NCBI GenBank assembly: GCA_964234715.1
Contig: OZ174277.1
Reading direction: 5' to 3' (one strand)
From: Podarcis melisellensis
Taxonomy: Eukaryota
DNA: 64,000 nucleotides
Part shown: piece by piece, positions 39,581-53,608 of the stretch
Numbering within the stretch: the stretch's first letter is position 1
Layout of the letters: each line of letters starts with the position of its first letter
Made by a program: the position numbers and the translations under genes
Notes under the pieces: generated by a model
What the model saw: the letters and a program-made list of their open reading frames with translations, nothing else
Databases searched by the model: none
Told to the model about the DNA's origin: nothing

Positions 39581-40361
39581 GCCTATGGCCTTTCAAAGCT
39601 TCTCCTTCTTTGCTTCATTTCTAGTTTATGCTAAGCCTGAAAAGACTGTCCAAAATAAGCCAGTGTGTTTAGAACCCAAAGAATATAAAATCTTTTCAAT
39701 ACTAGGATTAAGATGATGTCTCTTTTCCCAAAACAGCACAGAAAATTCAAGGAGGATTGGGCAGAGCTAAACTAAAGAGGAGAGCAATAAATGGCAGGTG
39801 TGGGAAGCCCAATCCAGATTGGTATAGTTGCAACGGTGGTATTTTAGAGCAGCCTTCCTCACCTTGGGTCCCCCAAAGCTGTTGGACGACAGCTCCCATC
39901 ATCCCCAGTCAGAAGGCCAATGGTCAGCGATTATGGTACTCCATTATTTACAGCTTATAAAAAATACATCTATTTTTAAAATCTAGATTATTGTTTCAAA
40001 CAACAATCAATAAGCAAAACATATGATAAATCTACAACGTATATCCATTCTTTGGGCTTTGTATAACTAATGATAGAGAAAGAAAACCGGTTTAGATACC
40101 TGGAAATATCAGAAGACCTGAAAAGTACATACATAAAACCAGTGCTTTTTTCCTGGGGGGACGAATACCCCTAAACATTTTGTGAAACTATGTACTTTTT
40201 TCCATTTCCTGTATTTACTTTTCCCAATTTGAACTATAAAATGGTGATTTTCATGAGTCAAAATGAGAGTATCCCTAAATATCTTTTTAGAAAAAAAGCA
40301 CTGCACAAAACATTTAACTAAAATATATGTGAAAGGTAAAAATCCCTCAAAAATAAATTAC

Positions 40362-40469
40362 CTGTTTAATTATATTTTTTGCCGTTGCAATAATTTCATC
40401 TCCATATATTTCAAAAAAATTCAATTTCCTTTGTTTTAGAAGTCCAAACACTAAAGATACAAGCCTTTC
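40362..40469 (-). CDS. VPS54: VPS54 exon 9
   Basis: ERLVSLVFGLLKQRKLNFFEIYGDEIIATAKNIIKQ; 108 bp. Confidence 0.94.
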
Positions 40470-40996
40470 CTATTTAGAAAAAAAAAACAAGAATAAAGAT
40501 AACATGTAAAAGAAAGATAATCAAAACTCAAATGGCAAATTAGAACCTAACTAGTGCAGATAAATTAACATGCTAAATAGCAAATCTGAAAAGTACAATA
40601 GGAGTTAGTCTCTGTACTATTAAGGTCAAGGTTTAATTCTGGCCCACCAGAAATTATTGGCTGCTGTAGAAGCCATGTGCTACAGACGTATACTTTGCGT
40701 TCATCCCCACATACTATACATAGAAGCTAGTTCTGCTAAGGACAATACAGGGTGCGTATTTGTGGAGGAGTGGACAAGTGGTATGCATTATGACACAGCT
40801 GAGAAATAAAAAAGAATTGAATGGAAAATGCCAGAATTAATGCTTTCAAATTACTGAGAGGATTCAAGATGTGTTGGTGAAAACTCATTTTGTAGAAGAA
40901 AAGTGAATGGAATAGGCATTGACAGCAGTGTATTCTGTTCTATGTCCTGAGAGGCAATTAGACCGCAAAAAGCCTTCTAAATGGGGAGTACTGTAC

Positions 40997-41123
40997 CTCT
41001 TCCAGAATCTGACATTCTTCTTCCAGAGGTCTATTTAAGTCACTGTGAGCATAGGTAGAAAACTCTGCAATCATCATTTTATCTATGAGTTTTTCTAATT
41101 CACATAGCTGTGATCCAAGATGC
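40997..41123 (-). CDS. VPS54: VPS54 exon 8
   Basis: HLGSQLCELEKLIDKMMIAEFSTYAHSDLNRPLEEECQILEE; 127 bp. Confidence 0.95.
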
Positions 41124-42836
41124 CTGTTCAAGAAAAAAATGGGTGAAAAAGTTAAAATAATCATGACAGGGAGCATGAAAGTGCCATTATCTCAATATCA
41201 GGGAAATATGGGGATGTATAACTATCATCTGGGTAATTTCTACACAATAAATAACACTATAAAGGACACTGAATACAGTTTATTTACGTTATGTCTTCCT
41301 TTGCAGCAAAAGAAAAAAACACTTTTAAATTCCACTGTGACATTAATGTCAGACATCTCCATGAAAGGAGAACAATTTGCTATAAAATATGCATTCTAAT
41401 TACACACTTCATGAGTAGCCAAAGACTCTTGAGAACTCGGCAGTCATGGGAGATGTTGACAGGTCCTCGTAGGGATCAGTAACTGGCTAAAAAACAGGAA
41501 ATAGAGGGCAAGAGTAAACTGACTTCTAACAGTGGAGGTATGCATGCAGTAATGCTTCCCCAAAGATATTTATTGAGGTGAGAGCTATCTATTTTTTTCA
41601 ATAAAGAGATGGAGTCAGAAGGGGCAGTGAGAAGACCAAGTTTGTAGAATGCAAGGAGATCTAAAAGGATTTCTAAAATCTGGGCAAACAGAAAACAAAA
41701 AGGTAAATAAGAACCAATGCATGGAGAACAAATCTAAAGGAGCACAATGGTTAGTCCAGCAAGAGAGCATCACTGGAATAAAAAAGCTGGGCTCCATTCA
41801 ATGACTATTAGAAAAGCATTTCACACCCTGACACAAATCTAAGGGAAAGAAACATCTGGAGCACTAGATTGATTTCTGTTCGACGTAACTCAAAAAGGAT
41901 GACTATCTTCACCCTAAGAAAGGCTTAGAAACAGGGTTTCTCCACACCTGAACCCTGGATGAGCTTATGAAGTTGTCATTGACCCAATGTAAATGAATAA
42001 AGTGAGGAAAAGCACCTATAGACAATTTTTTTAGCAGCAAAGCAGTACGGTCTGAGAATATGGTTGTATTGTGGAATCATCTTGTTAAATACAGAGGTTC
42101 CTTACTGGCAAGGGACGTTCACTCTGCGCATGACATGCCCTTTTCTGCAAGCTTCTTTTCCACCCCTAATTCATTTTGAGCCACAGGTCTTTATTCACTC
42201 CTTGCACAGCCCCATCAAGCCCAGGAGTCATTATCGACCACTTTGGGAAACCCTGGACTAAAATATAAAGGGCCTTTTAGTCTAGAAAACAAGATTTTTT
42301 GGGGGGAGGAGTGTGACAGTGCTTTATTAAATTATGGATGGTGTGGAGGAAAATAGACAAAGACAACTTTCCACCTACTCTCATAATACTAGGTGACCTG
42401 TATTCACCCATTGATCTTGACTGGCCTATATTTAGGACAGAGAGGAAGGGCAGTCTGAAGACCCTTTACCTTTGCATTTATGTGGTGTACAACTATTAAT
42501 GTAAATAAGAATTCACACTATATCAAGGATGCTTTTAGGGCCTTTTTTAAAAAACCTGACTAATTACATTCTCACTGGACACTAATATACTGTAATAAAA
42601 TTAACAATATAGTAAATTAGTACAACTCAATAACATATATAAAGATACGCGTTATAGGTGGTATGCAGCCAAGTTTTACTCACTTAGTCATATCCATTAA
42701 TTTCAACAGCTCTACTCTGAGTTAAATTAAGTTGAATACCAACTTAGATCTGCATGAACTAGATATCCCTTGAAACTGATCATAATAATTTTATATGTGA
42801 TTATGAATTTCTATTGGAATGTCAAATGTCACCTAC

Positions 42837-43222
42837 CGGAAACTGTGAATGCCCTGGAGCTCCTGCTGTAGCACCTCTTGTGTTGTTGCTATCAAGTCTA
42901 ACGCTCCAACAAATTCAGAAGTAGACAGTAATAGCTGTACAGTAGGTTGTGTTTGGTGCACTGTTGCCATTAACTTCAGTTTATTATATGCTTTTATACA
43001 GTTATTTCTAGTCAATGATAATCTTAAAACTTTAAGAGATCCTTCACACATTACTTTATCAATTTGGCCTATTTTATCTCGAAGCATTTTTACAGCCTGG
43101 GAGGTTTTCCTGAGGTAGTCTTGCAGCTCATGCTGGGAGGTCATGGCATGAAAAAATGCTTCTGAGCGGAGAGAGATTTGATGAGCGATATTTACTTCCA
43201 CAATATCCAGATAGTGGCTCAG
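42837..43222 (-). CDS. VPS54: VPS54 exon 7
   Basis: LSHYLDIVEVNIAHQISLRSEAFFHAMTSQHELQ...QELQGIHSF(R); 386 bp. Confidence 0.97.
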
Positions 43223-43708
43223 CTTAAGGGAAGAAAGAGAAATCAATATTGTAACATTTGTGCTCTTAATCTACCACAATCAGTGTCACAATACCAGACA
43301 TTTAACTCAAGTAAAATGGGCACGCTGCCTTTACAAATCACACATGCACATACCCAGGAACACAGCCCATATTTAATGAACACTGGATTTAAAACTAAAC
43401 AAAGAAAAACAAGAAAAAAAGTATACAGCATGACACTGGAGGTGTATTTCAATCTCCCTGAACATTTAAGAACAGGCTTGAAAGCTGCATTCTTCAAGGA
43501 GGAAAGTTTCAAAATGAGACTTCAGCATGAACTGGCTAAGTTGGAATTAATTTGCAGATTTGATACTTTCAGATCAATAACGACTGGAAGTGTCTTGTGC
43601 ACCACAATATTATCTTCCATTAAAAGTTCACATACCCTATTTAACTTGCTTTTGCTGAATCATTACAAGTTTGAGTAATGAATACCCACTTTCCTGTTAA
43701 TATATTGC

Positions 43709-43872
43709 AGAATCATAGAATTGTAGAGTTGGAAGGGACCCCAAGGATCATCTAGTCTAACGCCCTGCAATGCAGGAATCCTAACTAAAGCACCCAGGAC
43801 AGACTTAAAAACCTTGAAGGAAGGAGAATCTACCACCTTCCCAGGGAGTCCATTCCACAGTTGAACAGCTCA
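43709..43872 (-). mobile_element. CR1 / CR1-tailed element 3' fragment
   Basis: AGAATCATAGAATTGTAGAGTTGGAAGGGACC is the reverse complement of the CR1 tail. Confidence 0.75.
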
Positions 43873-45111
43873 GTTCACTTACATATCATGCTCACTCACA
43901 CTCTAAATTGTAATGTGGCATTCTTAATTTTTTGCACTGCCTTCTGGTCTCACTATGTAATAAGAACTTCTCACTGTCACCCACCATTCTTTGGGCTGCA
44001 CTCAATTATATCTCTGATGTGCATCAGACTATTTCCCACGGCAAAACTGGTGTGGGTTTTCTACTGCTGAACAAAGACTGCTTCCCCATTTTTGCTCCTT
44101 TATTGACACAAAGTTGTTCCCATTCAGTTGTTCATTTTTGCCTCCTACCTATGCTTCATGTAGGCTTTCAAATTTAAATGTATTTTTAGGTGTCTGACAT
44201 GTTAATCCACCTCAATGTGTGTTCAGTGCCTTTTTAGAAAGCAACAATCTTTTTTTCGAACACCTCCTTTTTTTACTGGAGGCAGGAAGAGTCTTCGGAA
44301 TCTACGACTATCCAATCAGCATTCTGCCCAGCTGGCTTCTCTTTGAAACAGAATGAATCTGGGCTCAATTAGCGCTGATAGTCAACTGATATAGTGGTTA
44401 GGGTGTCAGACAAGGATTATGGAGACTTTGTTCAAATTTTCACTGACATCAGACTCGCTGACTAACCTACTTCATAAGGTTGTTGTGAAGATAAATGGGA
44501 GGAAGGCAGAATCACAAACCCCACCTTGAGCCATTTTGAGGAAAGACAGGATAGAGATGGAATAAACATAAATAAGTAATAAATTGTGCATCCATCCTAA
44601 ATGGGGTAACAGCAGATTAAGAGCCTTTGATATCAGAAATGATATCAGTATCAAGCAAGGATAACCCACACTTCAAATGTTGATAAAGTGGCTTGCCTTA
44701 AATGCTTATGCCACAATCCATTTTTAGGGTTTAATGTTCTTAACCTTCCAACAGAAGCAATCAACAGTCCTTTATAATATCTATATATTATAGAGTGGCT
44801 GGGGCAACCCAGTCAGATGGGCAGGCTACAAACAAACAAACATTTTATTCTGAAAGAGCTCAACCAGAATTACACAAGCCAAGAAAATATGCACAGTTAG
44901 CATCTTAATAAAGAAACTTCCATTGCACTGATCAAATACCTGCTATGGAAACAGTTTATTCAGTGCTTTTTTCCCTAGAAAAATAGGTGCTGGTACTCAC
45001 CATGAAGTTGCTACAGTAAATGTCAGTGTTTTTTAACAAGAACAAAAAGAGGTGCTGGTTCTATGTCCCCTTGAGTACCCCCTGGGGGAGAAAAGCACGG
45101 AGTTTATTTAC

Positions 45112-45243
45112 CTTTTCTTGAAGCAACTTTGAGGAAGCTGCATCACGATTTCCTTTGCCTCCAGTAGTATTAAAATGAGACCAAGGTAATACTGCATTAA
45201 ATGTTAGGGGATCTTCCAAGGCAAAATCTGGTTTTAAAAAAAT
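45112..45243 (-). CDS. VPS54: VPS54 exon 6
   Basis: IFLKPDFALEDPLTFNAVLPWSHFNTTGGKGNRDAASSKLLQEK; 132 bp. Confidence 0.95.
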
Positions 45244-46716
45244 CTGAAAAAAGAAGTCAATCACATCTCATTACCACACATCACTAATGTTCCCACCTTT
45301 ACCTGTATAGTGCAGACTTGATGAATCCATTTATATGCAGGCCTGGTGGAGAATATCACTTAGACTTCATATCAATTTCTATATTTGGGGTGTACATCAA
45401 CTTGTAAATGTGATTCAGAGCAGTACTTTTACAGTATATGCATATAGGTAATCTAAAATACTGCTTAACAGTGGAACTCTACATCCATCTCTCAGAAATA
45501 AGTCCCACTGAGTTCAGTTGGCCTTATTCTCAAATAAGTAAGCCTAAGTTTTTATACCACCATTTAATGCTTTAGACTTGAGGTTATATTTGTCCAGCTG
45601 ACTGGTCAAATAATAGTTTAGGTTTTTTTAATAGATTAATTTTACCAGAACAAGCATATTGTAATCATCAACATGCTTCATCCTTATACTAATTATGAAA
45701 ACAAATATAACTGTCACCATGAAATAATGCTTTTAAAAATGTTTCATCATAATGTTTAATGATGTTAGGTAAGGTTTCTATAAATCTGAGCAATTCACTG
45801 AACTTTTCTGGGGTTTTTCACAGAATACTAGGGCCGGACAAAACTGGCAAAATGAAGAAAATAGAAATAGAAATAAAATAGAGTAACAGAGCATGGAGGA
45901 GGCACTCTGTGACGCCTACAGTCTAGCAATATGAAACCTTTGCCACTGATGACGACTACTTGTGTTCCTGGCTTCAGTAATTGCAGATGGTCAATAGTAA
46001 ATCTACTATGTTGCTAGGTTTAACTTCTGGTTGCCCTTTTCTACACTGAACAATTTTGAGCTGAAAAAATTATAACTGCATAAGCATGTGTCAAGCATGG
46101 CACAGTGTGAACCACAGATTTGTATGAGGGCATAACATTACAATTTTATTTTCAATCCCTTCCCTAATAATCTCTAGCAGGCCATTACAAAAGGCCAACT
46201 CACTGGAAGAGGCATAGGAGGCATCAAACTCAATACCTCTTTCACATTTCTTCTGTGCAGCAGTAACAGACAGAAAACACCTGGAGAACTGTGTTAATAA
46301 GCATGCAAAGTTAACTCTGGCCAACCTGGTCAGATTCAATCACAAGGGTTACATTACCCAAAGGCCCTTGAGTAACTGTGCTATGTCCAACAATAATGCA
46401 ATGGTTGCAGTGCAAAGAAAGGGCCAACAGCTATTCCTTCCCATCTTCTGTTCTCCTTTAGCTAGCAGCTAGCAACACAACTTGAAATTCCTATACAGTG
46501 GTACCTCAGGTTACATACGCTTCAGGCTACATACACTTCAGGTTACTGACTCTGCTAACCCAAAATAGTACCTTGGGTTATCTATTGGTTTATTGGTTTA
46601 TTTATAGTCTGTATAAGATATTCTGGATTTTAATGTTTGTTGTTTTATTATATTTTTATATAACATAATATTTCCATCTTTGGAAACTCAGCCAGATGGG
46701 TGGGAGATAAATAAAA

Positions 46717-46717
<1 letters not shown>

Positions 46718-46755
<38 letters not shown>
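46718..46755. repeat. (TTG)n microsatellite
   Basis: Direct reading. Confidence 0.95.
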
Positions 46756-47254
46756 ATAACTATATTTTGTTCTAAACCACAAATAAAAGCTTTAAAGAAC
46801 GCTATTCCTCAACCTTGTGGACTAAGGAGGAAAGAAGGAGAGATCACACAAATCTGAAGCTTGCTGTAGTACATTGGGCCTACGAATGTGTGAAATATGT
46901 ACGGATTATTGCAGCAAAGGACAAAAATAAAATAAAATGTGACTATAGTGTTAGTGTGAATAGTTAATCTTCAGAATCTAGCAAAAGAAACAACTTCAAA
47001 AAGAGGAAGATTGGTGAAAACAACTGGAAATGATGCATTTTGATAAGTTGCCTAAATTCTGCATACATTGTCACATATAAGAGTAGGATAAGCTATGCTA
47101 AAATTTGTATCTCTATTCTGTACACCGCCCTGAGACCTGCGAGTATAGAGCGGTATATAAATTCAATAAATAATACATACAGCCCAAATAAATTAATAAG
47201 CAAAAGACACGAGCAAAGCATTTCTTCTTACAGCTATGAAAATCTCCATCATAC

Positions 47255-47289
47255 CTTAGGTACTTGCTCCAGATCTGTCCTGGATTTAT
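47255..47289 (-). CDS. VPS54: VPS54 exon 5
   Basis: (D)KSRTDLEQVPK; 35 bp; phases match the neighbouring exons. Confidence 0.92.
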
Positions 47290-48055
47290 CTAAAAATAAA
47301 ATGCCGCAACAAATAGAAGATTCAAATTACATATTTTCACAGTAAACTCCAGTTGCTCATTCATTTTCAATTTTATGAAACATACAGGCCCTTATTAAAC
47401 TTTGGAATGTTTCCGGATTTGGTTTCAGATTGAATATACACAAGTAAGAAAAATCTGAACTCAGTCATTTTAGATAAATAGAAGAAAATATTATTAAAGC
47501 AAATATTCTCCTTTGTAGATTGAAGAACCATTTCAGCAGGCAGTGGGGAGGCAGTTATTCACCTCTTTCACTCTCGAGCCATTGGAGAGATGAAAAGACA
47601 GGGAATATGAGAGAGGTGTATAAAATTATGCATGGCATAAAGTGAATACAGAAATGTTTCTCTCTCTCTCATAAATACTAGAATTTGGGGACATTAAATG
47701 AAGCTGAATTTTCAAAGATTCAGGGCAGACAATTTGAAATATTTCAGTCAGCTAGATGTCGTATTTTCTTTACCCAGGTATTGGGTGAAATTAGAAATTC
47801 TAATTGCTGTCTTCACTGTAATTTATCTTTGCTTGCTTTATGGTGAAGCTGTTGTTTTGTTCATTTATTGGCCCTACATACTCTGTCATTTCTGTATATT
47901 GTTATCTTTTTCCTGCATATTTTATGACTACCTTACTTCATTGTTCCCCACTCAGGGACTCAATTTATCCAATGAAGAGTGACATTCCAGACGTATGGCA
48001 GCCCTAGTAAATTAAAGAGAATGACGAAGCAGCTACAAGAAAACCTGTAACCTAC

Positions 48056-48134
48056 CATGAGTATGTAAGAGTGTCCTATCAAAAGTATCTTTAGGAGGAC
48101 AAATGGTCTTGCATCTCTCATGAATCTTTTCTCT
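48056..48134 (-). CDS. VPS54: VPS54 exon 4
   Basis: REKIHERCKTICPPKDTFDRTLLHTH; 79 bp. Confidence 0.94.
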
Positions 48135-49670
48135 CTACAAAAGGTGAAGAAAATTCCGGGTTTGAAACATTTTTTTCCCACAGCACATTATTTAGGTTTC
48201 CTATGCAAAATGAAAATTAACTGACAAATTAAATCTATTATAATGCAATGGTGTAATTGAGGACTGCATTCCTATTAATAAAATATATTAAAGATTAAAT
48301 ATATATATATATCAAGGCCAATTATTCTTATACCTTTAACTAAAGCTGACATCCTATGCGCACATACCTGGGAATAACGCCTACAATAGCTCTTATTTCT
48401 GAGTAGGCATGCATAGGACTGGGCTATCCTCTGAAGTAGACTTCCCCAACCTTAGGTCCACATATGCTGTTGGACTACAACCCCCATTATCTCCATGGTT
48501 GGTGGGACATATCGTCCCAAAGCACCTGAGGGCCTAAGGCTTCTTTGTAAGGTTTAGCACTCAAGTACTCTTCAGGCCTTCATCCTGAACATGCAAGGGA
48601 AGGGGGGGGGGAGTGCAGGGGACTAAGTGTCCGTGTGTCCCACAACTTTTGTGTGTACAGCAGCACCAACCCTCCACTCTCCATCTTAGGGTGCTTAGCA
48701 TGAAGGGGTCTTCTATGCAAATTCAACTGGACAGACTTAGAAGCCTCCCCATGACCAGCAACTCTGGATTACTGGTTTCCTACTGCAAGGAAGCTTCCAA
48801 GTTCATTTAGTCAAATGCATCTTGAAGTCCTCTTCAAACCTTGCTGCTCAAACTGAGAAGGGCTAGGTAGAGTGTGTGCAGACACATTCAGAGTAGAGTA
48901 GAGTAACTGTTCCAAACTTCCAGCCTTTGTGCACAGAGAGCTTGTACTTCTTTCATCACGCTGCTTAAAAATAGGAAAAACTGTTTAAATGAGCAAGTCG
49001 TGTTTCTTCTCCCAGCATATGAAATCTTTTAAAAAATGTTCATATACAACTGTGTGTGTGCAACAAATGTAAAAATTTCCATTAAGTGTGGGCCACTTCA
49101 GATGTAACAGGAAACCACAGTTTTGTGTAGCTAAACTATGGTTTGCTTGTACATCCTCATGGTTTTCTATGAGGCTAACAAAACAGGACCTGAAACACTA
49201 GCTCAAAGCTGGCTTTGGTTGACAAGTTAGCATTAACTTTAAAAAATAAATTGTTTAGCATGAACTGTGCTCATCCTCTGCCTGCCTGGTCTGGCAGCAG
49301 ATTCCTTTTCCCGCTCACCTCCTCACTATCAGTCCCTCACCAAGCAGGCAATTTAGGTCCTAAGCCAGCTTGCAAGAAGAAAAATAAACAGTGAAAGAAC
49401 TTAAAGAGACAAATACATTTTTATCATCTTCTGTGAGGTAGCAAATTAAACTGCACAGAATACGCAAAAAAAGTCAGTCAGCATTCCATGGCCACTGAGC
49501 AGACTCAATCCTCATTAGGCTGTTTTGAGGAACTATGGGGTTTCTTTCTTTCTTTCTAGCTTTGGGTTCCCCCAACTCTCCTTTTTCTGCCCTTATTTGC
49601 TACAAAAGCAACAGCACTCACAGCCTGAACATCAGAAAGAGACAGGTCTATCATAGGATTTCTCTTTTAC

Positions 49671-49912
49671 CTGAACAATTTCCTGTTGGTATGTTACAAA
49701 AATTTCCTTGCTGATCTGTGGGAGGTAGAGCGAAGGCACAACTTCAATGTCCACAAAATCCTGTCCCCATGTTTTTGTAAAGAAATCAGATTCCCTTTTT
49801 GTTAACCGAGGATCATTTAGTGCTGCTGGGAGATTTACTTTGGAATGATAAATAGTCCATCTATGTTGATCAGCAACTAACGCTGGACTGTCACATAAAC
49901 TATTAGGATCAC
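49671..49912 (-). CDS. VPS54: VPS54 exon 3
   Basis: DPNSLCDSPALVADQHRWTIYHSKVNLPAALNDPRLTKRESDFFTKTWG...QQEIVQ; 242 bp. Confidence 0.96.
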
Positions 49913-50533
49913 CTGAAAGGCAAAACAGTAGCTTGAAAGAGGCATGCATTTTTTCCAGCAATGACAAGATAAAATCTGTAGCATAATTTAAGAATTAACC
50001 ATACAAATAAATATCTTAAGGAGGTATTGCACTCTAATTATGTACTGCAGGACTGCTCTGCACCTTTGTGTTTAGACTGAAATATATCCATCTTATCTTA
50101 ATATTCATTTTAGCATTCAGGGTAGAACAGAAAACTCTGAACTCTCCAATGTTGGCAGTGAGGTAGCAGATACAAATCTCCACGCAGCAGGTAATTTCAG
50201 ATATCAGAGAAATGAAGCGTATTAACAATTGTTATCTTTGTACATTTTGCAAAGCCTCACAATGACAGACATACAAATATTCCACACATTGAAACAGTCA
50301 TCATGTAATTTACTATTGTTTGCTCCTTTCAAAGGTACAAAAAAATAAAAAAGCAGAACCTAAAAGTATAATTAAGAGAAGAATTAGAAGACAATGCAGC
50401 ATTTCAAGAGTTACATAACCCTGAAATTGATTTTAATTGTTTTTGCTATAAAAACAATCTTATTGAAATTGATTTTTTACTCATCCAGCATGTTCTTTTC
50501 ATTCAAGCTCACATAGGCTATCAAGTTTAATGC

Positions 50534-50722
50534 AGTTACAGATAGGTAGCCGTGTTGGTCTGCCATAGTCAAAACAATTTTTTTTTTCCTTCCAGTAGCA
50601 CCTTAAAGACCAACTAAGTTAGTTCTTGGTATGAGCTTTCGTGTGCATGCACACTTCTTCAGATACACTGAAACGGAAGTTTCCAGACCCTTCTATATAG
50701 TGAGAAGGTGGGGAGGGGTATT
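50534..50722 (-). mobile_element. Penelope-like element terminal-repeat fragment containing a minimal hammerhead motif
   Basis: - strand CTGAAGAAGTGTGCATGCACACGAAAGCTCATAC...TTGGTCTTTAAGGTGCTACTGG...AGACCAACACGGCTACC, the recognisable reptile Penelope end pattern. Confidence 0.78.
50629..50666 (-). ncRNA. Minimal type I hammerhead ribozyme motif
   Basis: GUAU-CUGAAGA-A-GUGUG(CAUG)CACAC-GAAA-GC-UC^AUAC: helix I GUAU/AUAC, 5-bp helix II, palindromic AGCU at helix III. Confidence 0.7.
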
Positions 50723-51657
50723 AATTTTAATGCAAATATCCAAAATTTAAACATTTACTTTTTTATGTCTGTAGTAATATGCAACTGTGCAATAAACAAA
50801 CTAATATCAATTCACTATTTAAGGATTGTATCTGTCTAAGTCACACTCAGAAGAGATCCCCTGAAATCACTAGAATGTAGTTTGTCACGTCCACAGACTT
50901 CAACAGGTACACAATGTGTATGTTTAACAGCATAAACTTTACCATGCCTACCCTGCTAATGACACGCGTCTCTCCACTTACGCGTGTTCAACTCATGTAT
51001 ACACGCAGAGCTGGGAAATAATTAAATAAATCTATTTAAACTGCAAAAAATGTGTGAAAGGGGAGGCATGTGGAGAGTTGGAGTTTGAGAAAAGAGGTTT
51101 GGAGGGAGCAATTGTACTGGTGTTTGGCTTTTTAGCTGGTGTTCCCCACTATACATGATTTCATGTGTTCTTGTGGTACCTGGGAACATAACCCTCATTT
51201 AAGTGGGGACACGCGTGTATCAAACATAGATCTGAGTTTCCATGAGATATGGTGTATGTATGGGGAGAGGGGGAGAGGGAGAGAGGGAGAGAGAGGGAGA
51301 GAGGGAGAGAGTTAAGGGTAAGGGTCTAGACCTAGTGCCTTTGAGATCCCACCTGGCTCTTCATTATGCATCTTTAGGTGCCAGGAAAAAATGTTCCTCT
51401 TCAACCACCCCTGTGGTTGATTAACATTCTATGTCCTTTTAAATGTGTTTGTGAAAGAGGGTTTATTGGTGTGTTTTGATTTTGTTCTTGTTTCTTTATT
51501 TTGTTTTTATGCTGTATGTATGAATGTCTGTATTAAATTTGCATACAAATTTAATACATACATACATACTGTAATGTGGCACTCAACAGCTTTTCAATGG
51601 GGTAACGTGGCACTTAGTCTGGAAAAAAGTTAAGCCAATTTTGTTAAAGACACTCAC

Positions 51658-51793
51658 CTGTTGGTTCCTTGGGACATACATCTGGCAGCGACTGCACTGG
51701 TCGAAAGCGTTTGGCAGAATCCACTTCCCTTTTAATGAAAGTATCACTGCTCTTTGATGGAGGCACTGGTGAAGACCGGTGGCTTGAGGCCAT
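51658..51793 (-). CDS. VPS54: VPS54 exon 2, coding part (start codon)
   Basis: gcaATGG in strong Kozak context; MASSHRSSPVPPSKSSDTFIKREVDSAKRFRPVQSLPDVCPKEPT; all 22 coding exons sum to 2934 nt (977 aa plus stop). Confidence 0.95.
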
Positions 51794-52002
51794 TGCATAT
51801 AGTCACCACTGGTTAAGTACTGAATTAAAAAGAGATAACATGTATTCATAAACATCTTTTTAGATATTATGGCAGGCTGATGGCAATTATATTATGACAA
51901 CCCAGTTATAGAAACTGAAAGTTAAGGTAAGAAAGGAGATAAAATGGTTTAGAAAAATGTAATGAGACAACACCATACAGTCTTCTTTATGTTTAAGGAA
52001 TA

Positions 52003-52249
52003 CAATGGTACCTCGGTTTTTGAACATAATCCATTCCAGAAGACCGTTCAAGTTCTGAAACATTCAAAAAAAAGTTCTGAAAACTCAATAGCCAACAGCT
52101 AGGCCTCAGGATCTTGCACTCAGCAGAAGCCGCGTTTCTGTTCGACTTCTAAGGCATGTTCAAAAACCGAAGCATTTACTTCCAGGTTTATGGCATTCGA
52201 AAACTGAAATGTTCATCAACAAAGACATTCAAAAACCGACATACCACTG
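52003..52249. mobile_element. Tigger-like MITE (older)
   Basis: TA-CAATGGTACCTCGG...ATACCACTG-TA. Confidence 0.78.
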
Positions 52250-53144
52250 TATTTGGAAGAATAGTGTGGTATTTTCAAGTGATTTAATTGCAGTATTTAT
52301 CCACTGGGTGTCACTGGTGACCTTAAGTAGACTCTCTTTTAGAAATATACATAATTGTTATGCATTATGTGTGGTATATTAATAACTATTATCAAATATG
52401 GGACTATCGGTCCATTAAGATACATACAAATAAGGCTAGAGCAGTTTTTAGATAAGTTATGGAAAACAAATGGCCAAGATCAAATCAAATATACCAGATA
52501 CCTATTACTTCCATTTAACAATTGTCATAACAGCCCACTGGCTAACAAATGATACCCATGGGGCTTTTTTCTTTCTAGGAAAAGTTTTGAGTATATGCTA
52601 ACAATAAACTCCTGGCTTAATGCCACTGAAGTCAATGGACTATTTGTTTTCTTATACTGATGATTTCACATTCTTGTGCAACTATATCTACCAGTACAGT
52701 AAGAAAAGAGAGCAAGGATATAAACCTTCATAAACCCTTTTTCTTTAGCTAGTCTTCATCTAGTTCCCTGAATGCAACCAGGTTCTACCTTCCTGTAGAA
52801 TTTTCTCAGATGCAAATGCTGATTAATTGAACATAAATCATCAATTTGTGATTACTGTACACAGATACCAACTTGTAAGATATTCTGGGAAAAGTATAAT
52901 GCTTTTGTTTTCAACTTCCTCGTCGTCATCTTCCTCCTCTCCCTTCTACCATGCACAATCACCTTATTCGCAGCCAAAGGTGAAAAGCTTAATTTCAGTA
53001 ACAAAACAGAAACATAACAGGAAGAGTAAATGTTTCTAGTTGAAGTCATCTCACTAGACCAATAAACCAGTCCTAAATCAGCAGCAACATGATGCCACAC
53101 TAAATTATTCACAGCTAACAGCTATTTGAGTATAGTCATAAATT

Positions 53145-53297
53145 TAGCATCAGTTGGTTAGAGCCTGGTGCTGAGAACACCAAGGTTGCAGGTCTGATCC
53201 CTATAAAGGACAGCTGAATATTCCTGCATTGCAGGGAACTCAACTAGATGATCCTCTGGGTCCCTTCCAACTCTACAATTCTAGGATTCTATGATTT
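53145..53297 (+). mobile_element. Short tRNA-headed SINE with a CR1-type tail (Squam3-like)
   Basis: CAGTTGGTTAGAGC...GGTTGCAGGT head joined to CCCTTCCAACTCTACAATTCTAGGATTCTATGATT. Confidence 0.7.
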
Positions 53298-53608
53298 TAT
53301 AAATAACTAACCTCGGCAAGCCACTGTACACACCAGTCTATTCACACAACAACAAAAAGAACAAAATGTCACAATTCCTAATTGTTCTAGTAAAATATTA
53401 TCAAAAGGGAAAATATCAAAGTGTGCTCCATAATTAGCAATTACGTGGTGAAAATAATTTCCGTGCAATGCACAAGTCTTCCAATTCAAATCTCATCACA
53501 AAGTAAAAGTGAAATGAACACAAAACAAAACCTCACAAGAAAATCTGAAGTATCACCAACAGAAAATACTTTAATTGCACTCCTACATTAGACTGCAATT
53601 GTATCCTG

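Noticed and set aside
43178-43678. 166-aa + strand ORF antisense to VPS54 exon 7 and intron 6
   Set aside because: No recognisable protein features or splice support; likely chance.
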